DNA of 64,000 bases from an uncultured Planctomycetales bacterium (GCA_964489065.1 CAZAXH010000002.1:42683-106682), one strand, 5' to 3'. Shown: positions 10,878 through 20,042, counted from the first letter of the stretch. Program-made: numbers and translations. The notes: generated by a model not told the origin, from the letters alone.

Positions 10878-11915
10878 ATGTTTTTTATGAAAAGTTCTCA
10901 GCCTTTTCCAAAAAATTCCGTTTTTCCCCTTCCGTGGAGTTTTTTGATTTTCGCTCTTCTTTTGTTTTTTCCTGCCTCGCGCGGCCGGGCGGCGGATGTT
11001 AAACGGATATTAGTGGTACACAGCGGAAGGGAGGACTCCCGCTGGGTGCAAGATGTCACACGCGGTGCTCTCGACGTTTTAAAAGACCGCCCGCTTTCTC
11101 TGGAAACTGTCTTCATGGATGCGTTTCGCAATCCTTCGGTCGAATGGAAAATACAAGTCGGCCGCCGGATCCGGGAAAAAATCCTCGAATTTAGACCCGA
11201 CGCGGTGATTGCCGTAGGGGACAACGCCCAGATTTACGTGACCCAGCAATTCACCGGCCCGCATAACCCGTTTTTTGTTTTTTGCGGCGTCAACGGCGAC
11301 CTGGAAGATTATGGGCTGCCGGCCGTTAATGTAACCGGGGTTTTGGAGCGCCCGCATTTTGAAGAGGCGCTTGCATTCTTAAAGACGATGGATTCTAAAA
11401 TTAAGAAAGTCGCGGTTTTAAGCGACGACAGTCCGGATTCCATGGGGGCCTATGCCTTTCTGACGCGTGAGCACCCGGACGGGGTTACCGTTTTGGGGTA
11501 TCATATTATTCATGATTTCCCGACCTGGCAGAAAAGGGTCAAGTATTATAACGTTTACGCCGACGCGCTTTTTATTTATCTTTATCACACGGTGAAAATG
11601 CCGGGGACGAAAGAAAGCCTGCCGCCTCACGATATTATTCAGTGGACGTTGAATCATGTGGATATCCCGGTGGTGGGGTTTTTTAATTTCGCGGTTGAAG
11701 ACGGGATGCTCGGTGCCGTCGGGGAATCCGGGTATGACCACGGCCGGGAAGCCGGTGTGATGGCGTTAAAGCTCATCAACGGCGTTCCCCTGGAAACCCT
11801 GCCGGTTCAAAGAATGTCCAAGATATATAAAATGTTAAATCTGCCGGTGTTACAGGCCAGCGGGATGTCCCTGCCGGAAGAACAATTAACTGGCATGGAT
11901 TGGATAAAACAATGA
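10878..11915 (+). CDS. Periplasmic substrate-binding-like protein (ABC-type uncharacterised transport system periplasmic component family, COG2984-like) with signal peptide
   Basis: N-terminal signal peptide; Rossmann-like periplasmic binding protein features (ILVVHSGRE...AVIAVGDNAQ); sits immediately upstream of and overlapping a sensor kinase. Confidence 0.5.
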   Translation: MFFMKSSQPFPKNSVFPLPWSFLIFALLLFFPASRGRAADVKRILVVHSGREDSRWVQDVTRGALDVLKDRPLSLETVFMDAFRNPSVEWKIQVGRRIREKILEFRPDAVIAVGDNAQIYVTQQFTGPHNPFFVFCGVNGDLEDYGLPAVNVTGVLERPHFEEALAFLKTMDSKIKKVAVLSDDSPDSMGAYAFLTREHPDGVTVLGYHIIHDFPTWQKRVKYYNVYADALFIYLYHTVKMPGTKESLPPHDIIQWTLNHVDIPVVGFFNFAVEDGMLGAVGESGYDHGREAGVMALKLINGVPLETLPVQRMSKIYKMLNLPVLQASGMSLPEEQLTGMDWIKQ

Positions 11916-14900
11916 GGCGCGGTCATAAAAAAATATTGGGCGTCTTGACCGGGGTTTTAGTGCTTGGGGGGATATGTTCTTGCGGGCGCGCCGTGGCGCA
12001 GGAGGGCCTCCGGCGGTATAAGATTGGGGTTTTGGCCACCCGGGGCAAAGCGCAATGTTACCGGCAGTTCAGCGCGACCGCGGATTATTTGAATCAGAAA
12101 ATTCCCCACGCGTTGTTTGAAATTGTCCCCCTGGATTTCCGGGAAGTTGTTCCGGCCGTGCGGACGCAACAGGTCGATTTCCTTTTGACCAATCCGTTAT
12201 TATACGTGGATACGGAAATCCTCTACGGGGTCCGCTGTATTGCGACCCTTTCCGGATCGCCTTCTTCCGAATTTCATATCGCCTATGGAGGGGGCTTGTT
12301 CATCCGGGCCGACCGGAAGGACATCAAGACATTTTCCGATTTAAAAGGCAAATCTCTGATGGCGGTCCATCCCTTATCCTTAGGGGGGTGGCTGGCCGGA
12401 TATGAAGAGTTGATGCGCAGAGGCGTTGATCCGTTCCGGTCTTTTTCTAAAGTTGATTTCGCTGGCATTGAGGATGAGGTGGTGATGGCGGTCCTGGCGG
12501 GTAAGGTTGACGTCGGGATAGTCAAGACGGAATTGCTCGAAGACATGGCGAAGGAGGGGAAGATTGATTTGGATCTTATTTCCGTCCTGCAGGGCGAACA
12601 GTTTGTCCCGCACGCGGAGATTCATAAAGAATATCGGAAAACGCATGATACCGGACACCAAATGCGTCCCTTCACCCATTTGTACCCGGCTTGGCCGTTG
12701 GCCAAGGTGCGGAACACGGATGAAAAAATCGCGAAAGAAGTTGTAATAGCGTTGTTGGACATGGAACCAGACGATTATGCTGTGGTCCGGGGTGAGTACA
12801 GCGGCTGGGTCACCCCCTTATGCTATGAGCCGGTGCATGCCCTGATGCGCAAATTCGGGGTCGGGGCCTACGCGGGGTACGGGAAGGTGACGTTACGTAA
12901 TTTGTTTGACCAGTATGGCCTCTGGCTAATTACGCTTGGAGTCCTTATTGTTGTGGTTATCCTGGCCATGGGAAAGTTGTTTATTCTCAACTGGCAGGTC
13001 AACCAAAACAAAAAAAAATATCAAAAGCTGTTTACCAACATGCCGTCCGCCATGGCCGTTTATAAAGTGGTGCGGGGAGGGGAGGATTTCCTCTTTCAGG
13101 AATATAACCACGCGGCAGAAATCATTACCGGCGGAACCCTGGCGGAATTTTATCATAAAAGCGTCAGGGACGCTTTCCCCGGGGTTGAAGCCATGGGCCT
13201 TTGGGCGGCTTTCCAACGGGTCTATCGAACCGGCGTCCCGGAAATTCTGTTGTCACTTTATGAAGACCAGCGGTTGCGCCTGTGGGTGCATAACGTGGTG
13301 TACAAGTTGTCCGAAACCGAAATTGTATCTATTTACGATGATGTGACCAATTGGATTAAGGCCGAGGAGGAAATTAAGACCCAAAATGCGTTTTTGACCA
13401 CCATCATCAATTCGTTTCATTATCCGCTGTATGTGTTTGATGTGAAGACCCGTAGGGTCGTATTGTCCAATAAGGCGGCTGAAGCGTACAAGGAAGACGA
13501 ATTTTCTTCGTTGTTAACGCAAGAAGGTTCCGTTTCCCCGGAAGCGGGGGCTTCTTGCCTGTTGGAGATTGTCCGGGCGTCGAAAAAAGATTTTACGGCC
13601 GAACAGGTGCATTGCACTTCAGATGGAACCATGAAAATTTTTGAGGTGGTGGGCACCCCGATGCTTGACGCCCAAGGGGATGTTTCCCATGTGATTGAAT
13701 ACGCCATAGATGTTACATCCCGGCGGCAGATGGAAGGCCAGTTGAAGAGCCAGAAAGACCTGTTCGCGAACCTGCTTGCGCGGATTCCCTGCGATGTTTA
13801 CTGGAAAGACATTAACGGCAAATACTTCGGCTGCAATATCTCTTACGCGCAGAAAGCTGGGTTAAGCGCCCCGGAAAATATCATCGGCAAGACGGACGCA
13901 GATCTCCCGTGGGAACCGGAGGAGGTTCAGTATTCCCGCGAAACAGACCAGAAAGTCGTCCTGCAGAAGAAAGCGATTATTGATTTTGAAGAAACCAAGC
14001 ATATTCATGGCGGACAGCCGGTTTATCTGCTGTCCAGCAAGGTCCCGTTGATCAACAATAAAGACGAGGTCATCGGCGTGCTGGGGATTTCGACGGATAT
14101 CTCCGACCGGAAAAAGGAGGATGAGCTCAAAAAGCACTTGTTCCATGATTTGGCCAAAGTGAACCAGGAGCTCCGCGAAACGCAGGAACAGCTTTTGCAG
14201 TCAGAAAAAATGTCGGCTGTCGGGCAGTTGTCCGCAGGGGTCGCGCATGAAATCAAGAACCCCCTGGCGATTATAGCGCTGAGTATTGAATCGTTTGAGA
14301 TGATCCAGCCGGACCTCAGGCCGGAATTGAAAGAACGGCTTAAAATGGTGAAAGACGCCGTGACCCGGGCGAATAAGGTCGTGGGGGATCTCCTGTCTTT
14401 TTCCCGCCAGTCTGAGATGAGAATTGTACGGTTTGATTTTAAGGACATGCTTCTCAAAGCGCTGGATTTTGCCAAAAAGAAATCCATCATGAAAAATATT
14501 CAGTATGTCACCCGGTTCCTGCAGGAGGACGGCCCGGTCATGATGGAGGGCGACCCTGTCCTGATCACCCAGGTTGTCCTGAATGTTTTAAGCAATGCCA
14601 TTGACGCGATTGCGGATGAAGGGGGGATCACCTTGGAAACCGACGTGCTGACGGACGGGAAGACCGGGCACCGGACTCTGGAAATGAAAGTGATTGATAC
14701 CGGCTGCGGCATGCCTCCGCAGGTCGTAAAAAGAATTTTTGAACCCTTTTATACGACCAAGGATCAGGGGGAGGGGACCGGGCTGGGGTTAAGCCTGGTG
14801 TATAAAATTATCGAACGGCATGAAGGCAGTATTGAGGTGGACAGTGAGGAGGGGAAAGGGACAACGGTAACGGTGAGGCTCCCGTTAAAGACCGGGCAAG

Positions 14901-14926
14901 AGGAAGAAGGGGGGCGTGATGGATAA
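11900..14926 (+). CDS. Multi-domain sensor histidine kinase: periplasmic PhnD/SsuA-like solute-binding domain, TM segment, PAS domains, HisKA, HATPase_c
   Basis: Periplasmic domain (KIGVLATRGKAQ...VDFLLTNPLLYV...GKVDVGIVKTE); TM around residue 330; PAS repeats; H-box SAVGQLSAGVAHEIKNPL; G-boxes DTGCGMP / GTGLGLSLV. Confidence 0.8.
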   Translation: MDKTMRRGHKKILGVLTGVLVLGGICSCGRAVAQEGLRRYKIGVLATRGKAQCYRQFSATADYLNQKIPHALFEIVPLDFREVVPAVRTQQVDFLLTNPLLYVDTEILYGVRCIATLSGSPSSEFHIAYGGGLFIRADRKDIKTFSDLKGKSLMAVHPLSLGGWLAGYEELMRRGVDPFRSFSKVDFAGIEDEVVMAVLAGKVDVGIVKTELLEDMAKEGKIDLDLISVLQGEQFVPHAEIHKEYRKTHDTGHQMRPFTHLYPAWPLAKVRNTDEKIAKEVVIALLDMEPDDYAVVRGEYSGWVTPLCYEPVHALMRKFGVGAYAGYGKVTLRNLFDQYGLWLITLGVLIVVVILAMGKLFILNWQVNQNKKKYQKLFTNMPSAMAVYKVVRGGEDFLFQEYNHAAEIITGGTLAEFYHKSVRDAFPGVEAMGLWAAFQRVYRTGVPEILLSLYEDQRLRLWVHNVVYKLSETEIVSIYDDVTNWIKAEEEIKTQNAFLTTIINSFHYPLYVFDVKTRRVVLSNKAAEAYKEDEFSSLLTQEGSVSPEAGASCLLEIVRASKKDFTAEQVHCTSDGTMKIFEVVGTPMLDAQGDVSHVIEYAIDVTSRRQMEGQLKSQKDLFANLLARIPCDVYWKDINGKYFGCNISYAQKAGLSAPENIIGKTDADLPWEPEEVQYSRETDQKVVLQKKAIIDFEETKHIHGGQPVYLLSSKVPLINNKDEVIGVLGISTDISDRKKEDELKKHLFHDLAKVNQELRETQEQLLQSEKMSAVGQLSAGVAHEIKNPLAIIALSIESFEMIQPDLRPELKERLKMVKDAVTRANKVVGDLLSFSRQSEMRIVRFDFKDMLLKALDFAKKKSIMKNIQYVTRFLQEDGPVMMEGDPVLITQVVLNVLSNAIDAIADEGGITLETDVLTDGKTGHRTLEMKVIDTGCGMPPQVVKRIFEPFYTTKDQGEGTGLGLSLVYKIIERHEGSIEVDSEEGKGTTVTVRLPLKTGQEEEGGRDG

Positions 14927-15392
14927 AAAAGTGATTGTCGTTATTGACGATGAAAAAGATTTGGCGGCGCTTATCCGGGATATCTTGCAACAGTCGCAGG
15001 GATATGAGGTCCATCTGGCGTACGATGGGATTAAGGGGCGGGATCTGGTTTTTTCCCTGTGTCCGGACTTGGTCCTTTCCGATCTGGTGATGCCGCAGAT
15101 TAAAGGAGACCAGCTGATCAAGGCTATCCGCAGTAACCCCGCGACGCAAAATATTCCGATTATTTTGATGAGTGGGTTAGGGGAATTAACATTGTTTCAA
15201 CATGGCGAACAGACGAAATGGACTTCGGATATTGATCCGGATTTGCCTCAGGATTATAATGAAAAAGTCGTTGTTTCCGAATATAATATAGCAGAAATCG
15301 CCCGGGCTTTCGGAGTGCAGGGGTTTTTAACCAAACCGTTTGATTTTAAGACCTTGGTGGACACGGTCGCGCAAGCGATGCGTTCAGCCTAG
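14916..15392 (+). CDS. Stand-alone response-regulator receiver (CheY-like, no output domain)
   Basis: VIVVIDDEKD...LVLSDLVMPQIKGDQL...PIILMSG receiver motifs; start overlaps the kinase stop. Confidence 0.8.
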   Translation: MMDKKVIVVIDDEKDLAALIRDILQQSQGYEVHLAYDGIKGRDLVFSLCPDLVLSDLVMPQIKGDQLIKAIRSNPATQNIPIILMSGLGELTLFQHGEQTKWTSDIDPDLPQDYNEKVVVSEYNIAEIARAFGVQGFLTKPFDFKTLVDTVAQAMRSA

Positions 15393-15402
15393 AAGGAAAA
15401 TT

Positions 15403-16329
15403 ATGCCGTCTAAGAAAATTCTTATTGTCGAGGATGAAGACGACCTCCGGAAGCTGATCGCCGAACAGTTGAAGATGGCGGGGTATGACGTTTTTCAGGC
15501 TGTTGACGGGGAGGAAGGATTCACGAAAGCGCGGGAGGTGCATCCTGACCTGATCCTTTCCGATGTGATTATGCCGAAAAAAGACGGGAATCAGTTTTAT
15601 AAGGAGCTTAAGAAAACGGATTTCGGAAAGGATATCCCTTTTGTCATCCTGACCGCCCGGGCCAATATGCGGGATTATTTTGAGATCCTGCAGGTGGATT
15701 CGTTTATGGAAAAGCCGTTCACCATGCACGACCTGCTTGAAAGGATTGAAATCACACTGTCCCGGAGGGCGGGAAGCGGCACAGGAGAAGAGGCTCCGAC
15801 AGAGCGATCGCGGCGGTCGGTCCTGGATGCCACGTCCGAGGCCATTGTGGATGAGCAGCTGGTGAACGTGCGGGCCGCCGATATAGAAATAGAATCTTCC
15901 CCGGGGGCGATAATCAAGAAAGCCGAAGCGGCGAAAGAAAAAAAAGAAAAAAGAACCGAAGGGCGGAAAAATATCCTGATCCTGGAGAATGACCCGCTTG
16001 TTTTTCGGGAACTTCAGTCGCTTTTTTCCAAATGCGGTTTTGAAGCGGATGTGGTCGTGACAGTCAGTGATTGCCGGGAGGAACTGGAGCACTATACGCC
16101 GGATGTCCTGATTTTGAAGCATTCCTTCGGGGAGATCAACGCGGAAGACCTGGCGGAAAGCCTCAAACAGACACCCCGGTTAAAAGACGTCCCGATCATT
16201 ATTTATAAGGTGATCGGACGCACCGGCGAGCGGGTGAACGCATCTGGCCAGAAAGAACTGGGGTTTATTATTAATGATGAGGGGTACGCGATGTTCAAGC
16301 GCGCCCTTCAGCTGCTGAAAAGCGGTTAA
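15403..16329 (+). CDS. Response regulator with a canonical receiver plus a second, degenerate receiver-like domain, no DNA-binding output
   Basis: ATG at 15403 after AGAAGGAAA; ILIVEDEDDLRKL...LILSDVIMPKKDG...FVILTA; second domain NILILENDP...VLILKH...PIIIYK; the 63-nt upstream part of the track ORF 15340.. is rejected. Confidence 0.7.
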   Translation: MPSKKILIVEDEDDLRKLIAEQLKMAGYDVFQAVDGEEGFTKAREVHPDLILSDVIMPKKDGNQFYKELKKTDFGKDIPFVILTARANMRDYFEILQVDSFMEKPFTMHDLLERIEITLSRRAGSGTGEEAPTERSRRSVLDATSEAIVDEQLVNVRAADIEIESSPGAIIKKAEAAKEKKEKRTEGRKNILILENDPLVFRELQSLFSKCGFEADVVVTVSDCREELEHYTPDVLILKHSFGEINAEDLAESLKQTPRLKDVPIIIYKVIGRTGERVNASGQKELGFIINDEGYAMFKRALQLLKSG

Positions 16330-16349
16330 AACGATAACAGGCATGGACG

Positions 16350-17138
16350 GTGGTCGTATTCTTTCAAATTTGTGTCGGGCTTTTTGTCGTCAGCTTTTGG
16401 GCGGGAGTCTTGGCCTATGTTCCCGCGACCTTTTATCTGCTGGTTAAGAATCCTCCTATCGTCAAAGTTGAAAAAGCCCGGCAAAAGGGCATTTTTAATA
16501 TCCACGAAGAATCCCTGTCGGAAAAGCGCAAAAAATCCCGGGTTCAAGTGGTTCTGGCCATTTACGGGATTTGCCTGCTGATCCTGGCGGTCGCTTACAC
16601 GTTTAACTGGCTGCAATTTCAACAGACGGGGGTGAACCCCTTTGATATTCTTTCCACGCTTTCGGTGATCCTGTTCTGGTTTTCGGTTCTCACGTATTGC
16701 CCGGTCGGCATTTATCTCATGCTGAAGCAGCCTTGGCGGTATAAAGAAGAAGGCGTGTGTCTGACCGGGATGTTTGTTTCTTACGGGGCCGCGATATTAT
16801 TGTTTTCGATTTTTTTCGCCTACCGCTGGCTTAAGGTCCGGGCGATTTTGGTCCAGGGGCAGGACATGATCGCTGGCGCCCTGCTGCTGATTTTTTCCGC
16901 GGCGGTCTTGTCGTATCTGCCGTTATTGATTTATGTTTTTTATAAATCTTCTCGTTTGAGTAAAGACCACACGGTTCGTTCCAGCGTGATTTTTGTCATA
17001 TACAGCGTTTGTTTTGTCCTTTTTTCAGGGCTTTTTTTCTTTGAGTGGGTTCAGGACCACATAAAGAAAGAGCAGGAACCGCCAAGCGCCGTGGCCGCTG
17101 GCGGCCTGAATTCCCGGCAGGAGTTTGCAAAGATATGA
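16350..17138 (+). CDS. Polytopic membrane protein with three internal sequence repeats
   Basis: GTG start; hydrophobic throughout; the motif L-x-Y-x-P-x-x-x-Y-L-x-x-K recurs three times (LAYVPATFYLLVKNPP / LTYCPVGIYLMLKQPW / LSYLPLLIYVFYKSS). Confidence 0.45.
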   Translation: MVVFFQICVGLFVVSFWAGVLAYVPATFYLLVKNPPIVKVEKARQKGIFNIHEESLSEKRKKSRVQVVLAIYGICLLILAVAYTFNWLQFQQTGVNPFDILSTLSVILFWFSVLTYCPVGIYLMLKQPWRYKEEGVCLTGMFVSYGAAILLFSIFFAYRWLKVRAILVQGQDMIAGALLLIFSAAVLSYLPLLIYVFYKSSRLSKDHTVRSSVIFVIYSVCFVLFSGLFFFEWVQDHIKKEQEPPSAVAAGGLNSRQEFAKI

Positions 17139-17284
17139 TTATTTTTATTGCGCTTCGGGGCATTGGTTAATATAATAACGTTGCCTTTAGGTAATATTTT
17201 AAAATACGCCTTGATTTGAAAATAACAAATTACAGCATGTTTTTTGAGCCGCCGATATTTATATTTTGAGATAAAGACAACCTG

Positions 17285-17310
17285 CTCTGATGTTCCGTCA
17301 GAGTTTTTTT
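17285..17310 (+). terminator. Rho-independent terminator-like hairpin plus T7 run
   Basis: CTCTGA-tgttccg-TCAGAG followed by TTTTTTT; it abuts the 5' end of repeat element copy 1. Confidence 0.45.
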
Positions 17311-17571
17311 ATTCAATGAGCATTTAATTTACACGACCCTAGGGAGTGTAAATTAAAAATGCGAATTGATCCTGAGGGCGAGTGAGTTAAGCGAACGAGC
17401 CGAAGGATTTTGATTTAATCCCCACGACCCTAGGGAGTGTAAATTAAAAATGCGAATTGATCCAGAGCGAGAGAGCTAAAGCGAACGAGCCGAAGGATGT
17501 TGGTGTAATACCCCGCAGTTTGCTGCGGTTCATTGAGTCCAGAGCTTGCTCTGGGGTTTGTATCTTTGATT
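17304..17571 (+). repeat. Conserved structured intergenic element, copy 1 (contains an internal ~94-nt partial tandem duplication); candidate ncRNA
   Basis: Near-identical to 27861..28038 over about 180 nt; hairpins TAATTTACAC-(11 nt)-GTGTAAATTA, CCGCAG-tttg-CTGCGG and CCAGAG-cttg-CTCTGG; long-range pairing ATTCAATGAGC with GTTCATTGAGT. Confidence 0.6.
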
Positions 17572-17590
17572 GGGTTACCATAAGGTTTGA

Positions 17591-19138
17591 ATGATCAATA
17601 ACGCTCTAAAACCGCAGGTATTGCTGCTATATCCGAAAACAGGAATGGATTTCGGGTCTACCATAGCGCCCCCGCACGCCCTTTTGACGGTGGCGGCCCC
17701 GATTGTAAAGGCCGGGTATGCCGTGACCCTCCTGGATCAGCGCACCAGGCCGTTGACTATCGATGATCTTAGGTGTTATATCTCCTCCGATTTGATTTGT
17801 GTCGGGATTTCGACGATGACCGGGACCCAGGTGCGCCATGCGCTGCATCTCGCCCGAATGGTGAGGGAGTTGACGGACGGCAAGGTTCCGATTATCTGGG
17901 GCGGATGCCACCCTTCGGTCATGCCGGAGCAGACTCTGGCAAACGAGAATGTTGATATCGTGATCGTGGGGGAAGGCGACCAAACATTCCTGGAAACAGT
18001 CCAGGCGCTGGAGCATAAACAGAGTTTAAAGCAGGTCCGCGGCCTGCTTTATTCAGACGGGCGGGCTGCGATTAAGACGCCTCCGCGGCCTCTTTTAGAC
18101 GTGGAAACCCTTCTCCCGACCCCTTGGGAGCTTGTGGATGTGGAAAAATATATTCATAAGGATATGTATTTGCAGAACAGCCTGCGGGTTCTGGATATCG
18201 GGCAGACAAGCCGGGGGTGCCCGTTTAATTGCGGGTTTTGCAGCAGCTCGGAGATCCGGCAGCGCAAATGGCGGGCCATGTCTGTGGAAAAAAGCTTGGA
18301 TATGATCACCGAGAATGTCCGCCGGTTTCGTCTTAACGGCATATGGCTGAGGGATGACGAGTTTTATATAGACCGGAAACGGGCGACGACGATTTGCGAG
18401 GGGATGATCGCCCGTAACCTGAATATCTCTTTCTACACATCGGGAACCCGCGCCGATGTTTTTATGAAGGCGTCGGATTATGATATCGAAATCTTAAAGC
18501 GTGCCGGCGCTTACACGTTAAAATTCGGCGCCGAGTCGGGCTCGCAGCGTATTCTGGATCTTATGCATAAGGGGATCACGACTGAGCAGATACTCCAGTC
18601 CAACCAGCGCTGCAAGAAGCACGGGATTATCCCGGCTTTTAGCTTGATGATGGGCTATCCCACGGAAACATTTGAAGATATTCATCAGACCATTGACCTG
18701 GGGTTTCGCCTGAAAGCCGAAAACCCGGCCGCCCAGATGGAGACTATCGCGATTTACACGCCTTTGCCGGGGACGCCGGATTATCGTCTGGCGTTGGAAC
18801 ACGGTTTGCATCCCCCGGATTCTCTGGAAGCCTGGGCAGATTGGATATTTGATGATTATGATTGGGAGGGCCGGCGGAGCCCCTGGATGACGAAACGGGA
18901 GCGTATTTACCTGGGGAATATTTCTTATATGAGCATTTTGTCGAACGCCTTGCTGAACGTGATGGGGAGTTTAAGTAACCGGAGGCTCCGGGCGGTGGCG
19001 CAGGCCCTGGCCAGGCCGGTGAGTTATTATTACGCGCAAAAATTGCAGAATAAAATGTACCGTTTTGCCCCGGATCTGGCGCTGGTCCGGTATCTGCGGC
19101 ACGAACTTTTTTATAAGAGCGATTTTACCATTAATTAA
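17591..19138 (+). CDS. B12-binding-domain radical SAM protein (class B rSAM-like)
   Basis: N-terminal cobalamin-binding Rossmann domain; radical SAM CxxxCxxC ([16 protein letters not shown]); ~515 aa, typical of class B rSAM methyltransferase-like enzymes. Confidence 0.8.
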   Translation: MINNALKPQVLLLYPKTGMDFGSTIAPPHALLTVAAPIVKAGYAVTLLDQRTRPLTIDDLRCYISSDLICVGISTMTGTQVRHALHLARMVRELTDGKVPIIWGGCHPSVMPEQTLANENVDIVIVGEGDQTFLETVQALEHKQSLKQVRGLLYSDGRAAIKTPPRPLLDVETLLPTPWELVDVEKYIHKDMYLQNSLRVLDIGQTSRGCPFNCGFCSSSEIRQRKWRAMSVEKSLDMITENVRRFRLNGIWLRDDEFYIDRKRATTICEGMIARNLNISFYTSGTRADVFMKASDYDIEILKRAGAYTLKFGAESGSQRILDLMHKGITTEQILQSNQRCKKHGIIPAFSLMMGYPTETFEDIHQTIDLGFRLKAENPAAQMETIAIYTPLPGTPDYRLALEHGLHPPDSLEAWADWIFDDYDWEGRRSPWMTKRERIYLGNISYMSILSNALLNVMGSLSNRRLRAVAQALARPVSYYYAQKLQNKMYRFAPDLALVRYLRHELFYKSDFTIN

Positions 19139-19152
19139 CGGGTCTTGAGTCC

Positions 19153-19398
19153 ATGAAACGTTTCGCCAAACAATGTGTGCTGTATCTCGCGACGGTCATA
19201 ATAATGATTATGACCGTGCTCGCCATTGTGGCCTGGCATGTTTTCAAATGGGGATACCTGTTGACCCGTTTCTTTAAAACAGCCCGTCCCGCTGCTGTCT
19301 GTTGCCGTAAAAGCGCCCTGTCTGCCGAACATGAGCCAAACGAGGGTCCCCAGGAAGAGGAGGCGTCGGCTATGGTTTCGGTGGGGGAGAAAGTTTAG
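19153..19398 (+). CDS. Hypothetical small membrane protein (one TM, acidic C-terminus)
   Basis: ORF 14 nt downstream of the rSAM gene; one hydrophobic helix; weak RBS. Confidence 0.3.
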   Translation: MKRFAKQCVLYLATVIIMIMTVLAIVAWHVFKWGYLLTRFFKTARPAAVCCRKSALSAEHEPNEGPQEEEASAMVSVGEKV

Positions 19399-19631
19399 CT
19401 GAACGATCTTGCCGGGGCGCGGCTATACAGCAAAATAGCCCGACACTCACGATGGATGATGCGGCCGGTTCAGCGGGGTCAGCTTACCACTTATAATCAG
19501 GAAAAAAGAATTTCTCATTTTTAGGCAGGATTCATCATGACGGCTTTTTTCAACCCGGGCGGATTTTTTCTGGGGATTGGAAAAGGCTGTTGTTTTTTTG
19601 AGGCGTATTTTTCAGAGGGGTGAAATAGTCC

Positions 19632-19660
19632 TTGAACCTTATAATATCTATACATATAAT
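19632..19660 (+). promoter_or_regulatory. Sigma70-type promoter upstream of trxA
   Basis: TTGAAC-17 nt-TATAAT, then AAGGGAGG RBS and ATG at 19722. Confidence 0.4.
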
Positions 19661-19721
19661 ACTTTTCTAAACTTATAATTCATTTTTTAACAAATAATAA
19701 ACGATACAAGGGAGGCTGACC

Positions 19722-20042
19722 ATGTCCGTGGGAAAAGTAACCGCTGGTAATTTTGAATCGGAGGTTTTGAAATCGGCGACCCCTGTCCTCGTGGATTTTT
19801 GGGCCGAGTGGTGCGGCCCCTGCAAGATGATTGCCCCGGTCCTGGAGGACGTGGCTGAAGAACTGGCCGGGAAACTGAAGGTGCTCAAAGTCAACGTGGA
19901 TGAATCCCAGGATTTGGCCGGTCAGTTTGGAATTATGTCCATCCCCACATTGCTGCTTTTTAAAAACGGGAAAGTTGTTAAACAGTTGGTCGGGGCGATG
20001 GGCAAGGCCCAGATTGTGAATAAAATTGAGGCGGATCTTTAA
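19722..20042 (+). CDS. trxA: Thioredoxin
   Basis: WCGPC active site; typical ~106-aa thioredoxin fold sequence. Confidence 0.9.
   Translation: MSVGKVTAGNFESEVLKSATPVLVDFWAEWCGPCKMIAPVLEDVAEELAGKLKVLKVNVDESQDLAGQFGIMSIPTLLLFKNGKVVKQLVGAMGKAQIVNKIEADL

Noticed and set aside
15346-16122. 258-aa minus-strand ORF antisense to the double-receiver regulator
   Set aside because: Overlaps a gene with clear receiver motifs; contains a poly-Phe run that is simply the complement of the plus-strand poly-Lys/Glu region.
17322-17352. 8-codon ORF (MRIDPEGE) inside element copy 1
   Set aside because: The ATG is replaced by ACG in copy 2, so the reading frame is not conserved.
17500-17560. tRNA-like T-arm (GGTTCATTGAGTCC) inside the element
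   Set aside because: No acceptor stem, D-arm or anticodon arm can be built around it.
17304-17571. Cobalamin riboswitch upstream of the B12-binding radical SAM gene
   Set aside because: No B12-box-like core (GCCACTG-type) and no resemblance to the cobalamin riboswitch architecture. A second copy sits where there is no downstream co-directional gene.
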